Origin: Candidatus Hermodarchaeota archaeon
GTDB taxonomy: Archaea; Asgardarchaeota; Hermodarchaeia; Hermodarchaeales; Hermodarchaeaceae
Length of the DNA stretch: 18,130 bases
Assembly: GCA_016839365.1 (NCBI GenBank)
Contig: JAEOUH010000080.1
Span: 1-18,130, forward strand
Reading direction: 5' to 3'
This document shows, in pieces, positions 9,140 through 16,649 of this stretch. Position 1 is the first letter of the stretch. Each line of letters opens with the position of its first letter. Below the pieces are notes generated by a model. It saw only the letters and a program-made list of their open reading frames with translations, did no database searches and was not told the DNA's origin. The position numbers were made by a program, and so were the translations under genes.

Positions 9140-9167
9140 AGTTCTACAGAAATCGCAATTGGTTACC

Positions 9168-10265
9168 ATGGCTTCATCAGTCGATGCACTTTACAACACA
9201 AACTATCTTCCTCCAAAGCTTCTGCATCGTGATCGAGAGCTTGCGACACTCTCAAACCTCATTAACGCCGATGATGCCTTCGTCCAACCAAAGAACATCT
9301 TAGTTCATGGCAGCTTCGGAATTGGGAGGACAACGCTTCTTCGATTTTTCGGACAACACGAATTAGGTCAATTTCATCTTCCACTCATTCGTTTCCAAGG
9401 AAAACAGTCAACCGAAATCGTTGCAGATACCATTCATAGGCTGAACCCTTTTCATACGCCCACATGTCCTCTTCCTGAACAATGGTCTCTACTCAAGCAA
9501 CTCATACGAAAATCTGAAGTGCCCCTCATTTTCGTATTAGATGACATCGACACCCAAACTAATGAAGTTTATCAGAAATTCCTGGGCTTGTGCAAAGAAA
9601 ATAATATCTCCTCAATGGCAACAGCTCCTCGGTACTACCCACGCCAGCTAGATTCTACCGCTTCGCAATTTCTCGATATGGCTATCGAGCTCGAACCATT
9701 TACTGATCATCAATTCTTGGATATCGTCAAGCAACGCGTTGCAGAGGTTTTCGCTTACCCCATTCCATCTCATATCACCGAGTTCATAGCTGATCTCATT
9801 TGCATCCTTGACTTCCAACGACCCGCGACAATCGTTGAACTCCTCCAAAACCTCCATCCCCACATATCAACAAACTACCATATTTCTGCGGACCAAATCC
9901 GTCAATCCTGTCTCAATTCACGGACACTACATTATGACTTTTGGAGTGGTCATCTATCCAACCTCACTGACCTCGATGCAACCACCGTTCTACTCCTACA
10001 AGCCATTGGGCAATACTTCATCAACCACCCGGGAAACATCTACGTCAGCCAAACCAATTTATTCACCCAATTTAAGCAAGTTGGTGAAGGAATGGGTTTT
10101 CCGACCTCCCCGAACCAATTCACACGAGCCTTGAACATGATACTTTTCCAGGACCTGCTGCTACACTCCCGATACAACACCCAATCCTACTTCACACTTC
10201 TTCCCGCAGAAGGATATCTCGAAATCGTCGAACTACTTCTCGGCGAAAATCAACTGGAGCCTTAA
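9168..10265 (+). CDS. Divergent Orc1/Cdc6-family AAA+ protein with degenerate ATPase motifs (ORF track start TTG 9159)
   Basis: N-terminal NYLPPKLLHRDREL (Cdc6 YxPxxLxHRExE), NILVHGSFGIGRTT, IFVLDDID, LEPFTDHQFLDIVKQRV (cf. FxPYxxxQLxxILxxR). C-terminal region has the size and pattern of a winged helix. Confidence 0.82.
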   Translation: MASSVDALYNTNYLPPKLLHRDRELATLSNLINADDAFVQPKNILVHGSFGIGRTTLLRFFGQHELGQFHLPLIRFQGKQSTEIVADTIHRLNPFHTPTCPLPEQWSLLKQLIRKSEVPLIFVLDDIDTQTNEVYQKFLGLCKENNISSMATAPRYYPRQLDSTASQFLDMAIELEPFTDHQFLDIVKQRVAEVFAYPIPSHITEFIADLICILDFQRPATIVELLQNLHPHISTNYHISADQIRQSCLNSRTLHYDFWSGHLSNLTDLDATTVLLLQAIGQYFINHPGNIYVSQTNLFTQFKQVGEGMGFPTSPNQFTRALNMILFQDLLLHSRYNTQSYFTLLPAEGYLEIVELLLGENQLEP

Positions 10266-10273
10266 ACACTCAT

Positions 10274-10858
10274 CTAAGGTCGTCTTTCAATTTCAACAAT
10301 TGCACGGGCAAATAACCGTGCAACACGAATGGGTTCAGGCAAGCCTCCGAACCTCGTAAATCGTTTAATAACTCCTTTCACTACATCCCATCTACATCCT
10401 TTCGACTGGACAAACATATGGGATTGAGAATTAAGTGCTAACGACCTGAGTTCTCCATTTCGTTGGGCAATCTGCCACCGTTGGTTCCAATCTGAAGGAA
10501 ACGTCGACTTCAGGTGCTCCTGCAAATTCTCCTGAGGTTGTTTTGTAACACTTACTATGGGTAATGATGTGGCTTGATGAAGCAAATCCAGCTCAATGAT
10601 GTTATACCCCGCAATAACGGTACCATGCAACATAATGCCACCTAAATCTGTACGGTTCAGTCGGTCCAGCATACGAATAATTGTTTGAGTGGCGTCTGAA
10701 CCAAGTATCGTAGCTCGATCCCAAACCATTCCATCTATAATCAGATCCCCTCGCATTACAACTCCACCAAGAATCGTTTGACTTGCTCCCATAATCCCAC
10801 TTTCTGCCACTCCCAGAATGCGAGCCGCAGATTTCAATAAATTCTTATCTGACGTCAA
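10274..10858 (-). CDS. DUF99 / COG1628 endonuclease V-like protein
   Basis: RILGVAES, GVVMRGDLIIDG, GSDAT, IMLHGTVIAGYNII and LPEPIRVARLFA are hallmark DUF99 blocks. Confidence 0.9.
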   Translation of the reverse strand: MTSDKNLLKSAARILGVAESGIMGASQTILGGVVMRGDLIIDGMVWDRATILGSDATQTIIRMLDRLNRTDLGGIMLHGTVIAGYNIIELDLLHQATSLPIVSVTKQPQENLQEHLKSTFPSDWNQRWQIAQRNGELRSLALNSQSHMFVQSKGCRWDVVKGVIKRFTRFGGLPEPIRVARLFARAIVEIERRP

Positions 10859-10921
10859 TATCCAGCGCCAGGAATATTAGGTATAAACTGAAAAATAAAG
10901 AGAAAGGGTGGAAGTGAACGG

Positions 10922-12439
10922 TTATGCAGGTGCGTTCATCTTCTTACCCGGGTGAGCTGCCTGCCATTCCTCAACAGGTATAGCAAACTGCTTCTCAATT
11001 TTTTCTCGATGGAAGGAATTCATGGAACAGAAGGGAACAATTCGGCCATCAGGAACCGCGTAGTGAATTCCACATCGTTCAACGCGCTCAAGGTCGAAGT
11101 TGTAGGGATCCATGAAGTGCATGGAACCCACCATGATGATTCGTGTCATGAACTCTGCAAGGGCATCATAGTCTTTCTTAATGAGAAGATTATTGGCAAG
11201 GTTCATGAGCATCCCGCGTTTCTTGAAGAATCGCATCGCACCAAGCACTCCGCGCATCTTGCCACGCGTGGTTCTTCCTTTCTCGAAGTCCTTGGCCATC
11301 TTTTCAAGTGTGCCGAGGAATTTTTCGACCTCAACATACTTAGTTATCGGAGCCCAGCTACCGTCGTCTTCGACGACAATGAAAGTAGCCATCCCGCAAG
11401 CTGGGTGCTCAGAGAATTCCACCATCGGTGTTCCTGAGAGAAGACCAAACGCCCTTGACACAGGCATAACAAAAGGAACAGGATACCAGTCGCTATGTTT
11501 AATTATTCCATCGGTTTGTTCCTCGGCGAGACAGTTCAAATCTGGAATCGTTATCCGCATCTCTTTGCGCTTTTCGGTATCAATTCGTCCTGTAATCGCT
11601 ACAGGCTGAAAGTTGATACACCGAACGATGTCATGGTTTTCGACTGCGAAACGGATTATATCGCCCACCTGATGGTCGTTAACACCTCGTACGAGGGTTG
11701 GAACAAGAACAATACTGTGTAAGCCTTCTTCACGGCAACGTTCAAGGGCTTTTAATTTCTGTGAAAGCAGGTTCACACCACGAGCGGCGAGATATGGCTC
11801 CTTTGTTACCCCATCAAACTGCATGTATACAGTGCTTAAACCCGCTTCGACTAGCTTCTTGGGATATCCTTTTTGTGCAAGCATTAGCCCATTAGTGGCA
11901 ATCTGCACATGGGAGAAACCAACTTCCTTGGCCAACTTGATGATTTCAGGAAGATCTGCACGCATCGTTGGTTCGCCTCCAGCAAATTGAACTGCAGGGG
12001 CAGGGACTGGCTTGTTGGTGCGTAAATTCTCAAGCATTCCTCGAATCTCATCTAGTGTTGGCTCATAGACATAACCTGCTTTCCCAGCGTGGGCAAAACA
12101 AATCGGACACTCGAGGTTACAACGGTTGGTAACGTCGATTAGTGCCAGGTTCGTATGGGTCTTGTGGTTCGGACACAACCCACAATCGTTTGGACATCCG
12201 TGAACGGTTTCGGTTCGGGGGTTATCAAGGCCAATTCCTTTGTAAGCGAATTCAAACGCTCGATTGAACTGTGATACACTGGACCAGTATGTATCTACGC
12301 ATTCACCGTGCTCATCACAATTTTTCTTAATCATGACTTTGCCATCTTCTTCATAGACGGTGGCTTCAAGTACACAGAAGCATTCAGGACATACGGATCT
12401 AGTGGTGTAGGGGAGTTCTTTGGGTGCCATTTTTTCCAT
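10922..12439 (-). CDS. tes: Tetraether lipid synthase Tes (GDGT-MAS, MJ0619-type radical SAM; ORF track start 12469)
   Basis: N-terminal CPEC..CDEHG metal site, GCPNDCGLCPNH cluster, IDVTNRCNLECPICFA radical SAM motif, QFAGGEPT, HPACG, MHFMDPYNFD..R..RCGIHY..PDGRIVPFC. AAGGAG RBS precedes ATG 12439. Confidence 0.88.
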   Translation of the reverse strand: MEKMAPKELPYTTRSVCPECFCVLEATVYEEDGKVMIKKNCDEHGECVDTYWSSVSQFNRAFEFAYKGIGLDNPRTETVHGCPNDCGLCPNHKTHTNLALIDVTNRCNLECPICFAHAGKAGYVYEPTLDEIRGMLENLRTNKPVPAPAVQFAGGEPTMRADLPEIIKLAKEVGFSHVQIATNGLMLAQKGYPKKLVEAGLSTVYMQFDGVTKEPYLAARGVNLLSQKLKALERCREEGLHSIVLVPTLVRGVNDHQVGDIIRFAVENHDIVRCINFQPVAITGRIDTEKRKEMRITIPDLNCLAEEQTDGIIKHSDWYPVPFVMPVSRAFGLLSGTPMVEFSEHPACGMATFIVVEDDGSWAPITKYVEVEKFLGTLEKMAKDFEKGRTTRGKMRGVLGAMRFFKKRGMLMNLANNLLIKKDYDALAEFMTRIIMVGSMHFMDPYNFDLERVERCGIHYAVPDGRIVPFCSMNSFHREKIEKQFAIPVEEWQAAHPGKKMNAPA

Positions 12440-12499
12440 TGTTAATAATCGCTCCTTTGTGGTTACCACTCTGGAGTGGTGAGTTTATAGCATCTCGTG

Positions 12500-12535
12500 T
12501 CGGAGTTTCTTAAAAGGCTTTTCCGAAAACTCCGA
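12500..12535. promoter_or_regulatory. 9-bp perfect inverted repeat (TCGGAGTTT-N18-AAACTCCGA) enclosing the putative BRE/TATA of tes
   Basis: Arms at 12500-12508 and 12527-12535. The minus strand reads GAAAAGCC-TTTTAAGA between them. Confidence 0.6.
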
Positions 12536-12570
12536 GTAGGAGAAAGCTGGTTTGTTTTGGGTGGAAGTGT

Positions 12571-12580
12571 TTTTATAATA
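12571..12580 (+). promoter_or_regulatory. TATA box of the RHH gene
   Basis: TTTTATAATA about 20 nt before ATG 12600. Confidence 0.55.
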
Positions 12581-12599
12581 CCCAGGTATAGGTCAGGGT

Positions 12600-12797
12600 A
12601 TGTCCCGGGTAATACGCTTGCATTTAGTATCGGTCAAACTCCCCAAAGCCTACGTACGAGGGCTCGATACATTAGTAGATAGAGGTACATATCCAACCAG
12701 GAGTGAAGCAATTCGTGTGGCTATTCGTGATCTCCTTAAACGTGAACTTTGGATTTCGGGGTCACCCCTCACTATGCCTCAATCTTCAGAAGACTAA
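12600..12797 (+). CDS. CopG/MetJ ribbon-helix-helix transcription regulator, CdrS-like (alternative start TTG 12618)
   Basis: LVSVKLP beta ribbon followed by LDTLVDRGTYPTRSEAIRVAIRDLL, the G-x-[YF]-P-x-RSEAIR pattern of archaeal CdrS-type RHH proteins. Confidence 0.88.
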   Translation: MSRVIRLHLVSVKLPKAYVRGLDTLVDRGTYPTRSEAIRVAIRDLLKRELWISGSPLTMPQSSED

Positions 12798-12889
12798 CAG
12801 AAGACCTCCAACTGCTTTCACGAGCTTTACCACGAATTCTTCTAGGGGACTAATTGGATAACTTCATCTAGTAGATACGGGACTAACCT

Positions 12890-13654
12890 ATGATTAAGAT
12901 GGATTGGAAGCCCTTTTGGGAAGGACGTTGGAATACGAAAAACGTAGAGTGGAAATTGCACTCTGGATCTGCGTTCCTTCTATCCGAAGAGTTAGAGGCA
13001 CAGCGTGATGCAATTTGGAAGGACGCCAAGAAGACTTTTCCTGGGATTTTTGATGGCACACTGTTAGTGCTAGAGCATTTTATAGAAGGAGAGAACGTTT
13101 TTCAAATGGCCTTGAGAGAGATTCAATTCTCTCAAGTTCTCACAATCGAAAAAACAGGTGGCAAGTTGAAGCCTTATGGAACTGTAGGTGTCCAAATGCT
13201 TATTCTCTCACCTGATGGACGGTTTCTGCTATATGGAAAGCGGGCAAAAGACTTAATGCATTGCCCGCTGTTCATAGCTCCACCGGGTGGCATGTTTAGC
13301 GGCTCAGACATCAAATGTACCTTTTCAAAGGCATGCATGCGAGAAATCAACGAGGAAGTGCAAATCGAGTTACAAGATGAGAAGTACCTGGTTGGTGTTT
13401 GTGCCGATCTCTACACTCAAGTTGGCACAGTATTCGTACTGCTGGCTTACTCTAAACAAACACCTGATATTTCTCAACCCGTTACAGGCAATGAAGAGTG
13501 GGATGGCAACGTGCTCAATTGGCATCAAGTAGAAACACTTGAGCGCCTCGAATACACCAACCTATTAGAGGGATTAGTATTTGCGAAAATGGACTGGCAG
13601 AATCAAATACTAAATGGAACGAGTATTATCTGGGATAATAAAGACAAAATTTAA
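12890..13654 (+). CDS. Nudix hydrolase with N-terminal extension (NUDT22-like architecture)
   Basis: PPGG...ACMREINEEVQI Nudix box. Upstream blocks W....PGIFDG and GVQMLILSPDGRFLLYGKRA. Confidence 0.82.
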   Translation: MIKMDWKPFWEGRWNTKNVEWKLHSGSAFLLSEELEAQRDAIWKDAKKTFPGIFDGTLLVLEHFIEGENVFQMALREIQFSQVLTIEKTGGKLKPYGTVGVQMLILSPDGRFLLYGKRAKDLMHCPLFIAPPGGMFSGSDIKCTFSKACMREINEEVQIELQDEKYLVGVCADLYTQVGTVFVLLAYSKQTPDISQPVTGNEEWDGNVLNWHQVETLERLEYTNLLEGLVFAKMDWQNQILNGTSIIWDNKDKI

Positions 13655-13753
13655 ACTTAGAACTAATTCGGATGATGATGTATTTTTAAGAAATCATTCG
13701 GTGCTAAGCAAGAAACGCAAGACCCCTCTTATTGTCAGGAGAAAAATTTGAAT

Positions 13754-14836
13754 TCAACGATCTCGCGTACCCTTTATGAAGTCTTCAACATGCCTTTTTG
13801 CTATAGAATCTTCGATCTGTTCTGGAGGGTGTTTAAATGAATAGGCTGAGATGCTAAGGAGCGGACCACTGGTTCCTCGATCTAGAGCGATTTTGGTAGC
13901 ACGGATAACGTCAGCAACGACCCCTGCACTGTTTGGCGAATCTTCCACTGAGAGTTTTAGTGCGATGTGGATTGGCATTCCACCCCACTTTTTCCCTTGC
14001 GCATGGATATAGCACACCTTGGTATCCTTAAGGAATGGAACATAGTCGCTAGGACCAATACGCGTGGGAACCGGATAATCCAAAATACTAGTAACTGCCT
14101 CTGTCTTGCTGATACGCTTACTCTTTAGTCGATGCTCCGCCAACATGTTTTCGAAATCTGTATTTCCACCGATGTTGAGTTGGTAGGTTTCATCGATCTC
14201 GATTCCACGATCGGAAAGCAGTTGGGCGATGACTCGGTGGAGAATCGTGGCTCCCACTTGGCTTTTGATGTCGTCTCCTGCCATGGGAAGACCTGCTTTG
14301 TGAAATTTCTCTTGCCATCCCTTATCTGAAACAATGAATTCGGGGATACAGTTGATGAAGCCACACTCTGCATCCAATGCCGCCTGGGCGTAATAGCGAG
14401 ATGCTTCAGCACTGCCAACAGGAAGGAAGTTGATTAGAATTTCGGCGTTGGAGTTACGTAGTTCTTGGGCGACATCAACGGACTCAATTTTCTTGGGGTC
14501 ATAGACATTAAAAGCTCCAAACATATGCTCTGCGACACCATCCATGATGGGTGCAGGGAGCACCTTTACCCCTAACTTCGGTGTTTCAGCAAACTTGATG
14601 ACACAGTTGGGGCGGACGAAAATAGCCTCACTGATATCCTTATCGAGTTTTTCTGCATTCACTTCAAAGGCCGCAACGAACTTTATATCCCGCAGTAAGT
14701 AATCCCCGAAGGTGGGATGCATAAGCCCTGGAACCCGATCCTCTTTTCCCGTGACATCCTTGTAATAATGGATGCCCTGAACAAGGGCTGACGCACAATT
14801 TCCGAGCCCAGCAATGGCAACTCTAATTGGTCCCAT
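13754..14836 (-). CDS. ino1: myo-Inositol-3(1)-phosphate synthase
   Basis: IRVAIAGLGNCASALVQG, NFLPVGS, GDDIKSQVGATILHR, YQLNIGGNTDF, KRISKT, GPSDYVPFLKDTK, VEDSPNSAG, FKHPP. Confidence 0.97.
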   Translation of the reverse strand: MGPIRVAIAGLGNCASALVQGIHYYKDVTGKEDRVPGLMHPTFGDYLLRDIKFVAAFEVNAEKLDKDISEAIFVRPNCVIKFAETPKLGVKVLPAPIMDGVAEHMFGAFNVYDPKKIESVDVAQELRNSNAEILINFLPVGSAEASRYYAQAALDAECGFINCIPEFIVSDKGWQEKFHKAGLPMAGDDIKSQVGATILHRVIAQLLSDRGIEIDETYQLNIGGNTDFENMLAEHRLKSKRISKTEAVTSILDYPVPTRIGPSDYVPFLKDTKVCYIHAQGKKWGGMPIHIALKLSVEDSPNSAGVVADVIRATKIALDRGTSGPLLSISAYSFKHPPEQIEDSIAKRHVEDFIKGTRDR

Positions 14837-14988
14837 GATTCACACCTAACAACATAGTTTACGGTTGTAAAGTATATAGGCGTCTAAGCTGTGAATATAA
14901 TTTAAGCATTTCTCCTTTTTTGCATCTTAGCCGACTGGTAGTCAGTAAGTTAAAAACGATGAATTCTCTAAAACCATAGCGAGCAGCC

Positions 14989-16185
14989 ATGTCCTTCTTC
15001 TCCTATTACCTCAAGCGATCCAGCATACTTCTCCCCTTACTAGTCGCAATCGGAATGATTGCCTACTTCATTCTCCTCATCTTCGTCCTCTCGTATTTTG
15101 CACCGTTGATTCCAGGATTATTTGCCTTTCCTGCATCAAGCATCTTTCGATATTTCATCATCCCTGTCATTTTTGCATTCCCCTGGATTCTGTTTGTCTA
15201 TATCTTCCGTGAAAGAACCCTTAATGCCTCAGATATCATGAACGCCAAAGGCAACCTCATCCCCCTCCGATGGCGAATGCTCTACAGCTTCAACACCCTC
15301 ATCATTCTAGCCTTCTTCATCTTTCCTTTCATTTCTCCTCCTCTCGCTATTTTTGCTGCTCTCATTTTGGCTTATCGAATCGTACACCGCTCGGATAGCA
15401 TCTGGCAGAAAAGTCAAGGTGCACGCATGGGCTACACCCTCATCCTCTTCATTCTACTGGCGATAGGTCCCATCTACTTCACTATAATCTGGTTCCAATA
15501 CTTCATCGCAATTTCCGGAATTATCTTCACGGCTTGGTGGATTCTCTTTGATCCCATGTACTTTACTTCGCTGTGTATAGTCAACGCTTTAGCAATCGGA
15601 TCGATTTTCCACCTCTCCTATGGAACCTTGGATGAAGCGGGTAAGATTCGACATGACACAAGCCAGCGATTATGGTTAATTCGCTTTGGCGAGTTTGCTC
15701 TTTTCATTATCTTCTGGGTGGTGCTAAACCCATTCATCCCTTTCTTCTCCCTTTCACTGAGTTCAGGGTCCACTCTCAACCTCGCTTTTCCTGATATCAT
15801 AGGCTTTGCGGGAACCCTTGGAAATATCAGCTATGTTAACTACCTCTGTCTCGGGCTCATCGCCATTGTCTACCTTGTTAAATTCGTTGTAGGCATCGGA
15901 GGAAACCTGAAACTCTCTATCATTGGCATTCTCTTTACCACGTCCTTCCTCATCGTCGAAGTACTGAATGGCTTCTTCAGCGTATCTGCCATCTTCCTCC
16001 GACCCATGCTAATGGTCGGATCCAGCCTCATCTTCGTTATAGCCTTTGCAATAAGCTTCTTCGCTGCTCCAGATGAATTAATAGAACCTGACCAGCAGAT
16101 TACCGAGGAAGCAGATTCGCTAGAAAGACAAGTGCTCGAAGATGCTGAATCGGTAGCCGAAGAAGATGAAGGTGAAGAAATCTAA
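14989..16185 (+). CDS. Polytopic integral membrane protein of unknown function (roughly 10 TM helices, acidic C-tail)
   Basis: Repeated hydrophobic stretches throughout; ends in EEDEGEEI. No transporter or enzyme motif recognised. Confidence 0.85.
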   Translation: MSFFSYYLKRSSILLPLLVAIGMIAYFILLIFVLSYFAPLIPGLFAFPASSIFRYFIIPVIFAFPWILFVYIFRERTLNASDIMNAKGNLIPLRWRMLYSFNTLIILAFFIFPFISPPLAIFAALILAYRIVHRSDSIWQKSQGARMGYTLILFILLAIGPIYFTIIWFQYFIAISGIIFTAWWILFDPMYFTSLCIVNALAIGSIFHLSYGTLDEAGKIRHDTSQRLWLIRFGEFALFIIFWVVLNPFIPFFSLSLSSGSTLNLAFPDIIGFAGTLGNISYVNYLCLGLIAIVYLVKFVVGIGGNLKLSIIGILFTTSFLIVEVLNGFFSVSAIFLRPMLMVGSSLIFVIAFAISFFAAPDELIEPDQQITEEADSLERQVLEDAESVAEEDEGEEI

Positions 16186-16187
16186 GT

Positions 16188-16550
16188 CTAGATATTCTTA
16201 AGAAATTCTGGAACAACTGATAATTCGATGAGTGGGATGTACATCCAAGATCGATCAAATGTGCCACTGGCATAATCCCATTGTTCTTCAGGATCGGCTT
16301 TATACTTAATAAAGACGCCTTTCGGTTTTTCGGTCGTTTCTACATATAGGAAAAGAGGCATTCCTTGAAGTTCATACCACCCGGGTATCGATGTCATTGT
16401 GCCCATGATGTAATGATTTCCCTGTTTGAAATACAGAATTGTCGCGGTCCGTTCACGGGCCGCCCACCAATGGACCAATCGCACAAGATTATGTAAATCC
16501 TTGAGCTTCATCAGAGTAGAGGGTTTAAGTTCAATGTCGGTCACGGTCAT
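16188..16550 (-). CDS. Small archaeal hypothetical protein resembling the 'cren protein' family (ORF track start 16616)
   Basis: Blocks LHNLVRL, YELQGMPLFLYV, FIKYK and YIPLIEL recall uncharacterised Thermoproteota proteins. ATG 16550 leaves room for the divergent promoters. Confidence 0.65.
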   Translation of the reverse strand: MTVTDIELKPSTLMKLKDLHNLVRLVHWWAARERTATILYFKQGNHYIMGTMTSIPGWYELQGMPLFLYVETTEKPKGVFIKYKADPEEQWDYASGTFDRSWMYIPLIELSVVPEFLKNI

Positions 16551-16649
16551 CAACGTGCGTGATAAAAACCTCTCGAAGATAAAACCTTTGCTTGATTCAA
16601 ATGTTATTACTAGCATTTTTGAGTAAGCAGGATAAAGGGCTAGGATATT

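Noticed and set aside
10274-10858. GVAES in place of GxDD in DUF99, suggesting inactivation
   Set aside because: A GxAES variant is, from recall, a common subgroup of COG1628, so it is not evidence of decay.
10952-11895. Plus-strand ORFs of 161, 142, 75 and 65 aa
   Set aside because: Antisense shadows of tes with no motifs.
12497-12682. 61-aa ORF overlapping the RHH gene, and the similar 9109..9303 ORF
   Set aside because: They span promoter elements and overlap better-supported genes in other frames.
13670-13740. ATGATGA box C-like motif in the Nudix/ino1 intergenic region
   Set aside because: No CTGA box D at a suitable distance on the same strand, so a C/D sRNA is not supported.
4815-16188. 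Very tight convergent gene ends (gaps of 8, 8 and 2 nt at 4815/4824, 10265/10274 and 16185/16188)
   Set aside because: Common in compact archaeal genomes; no specific antisense system is supported.
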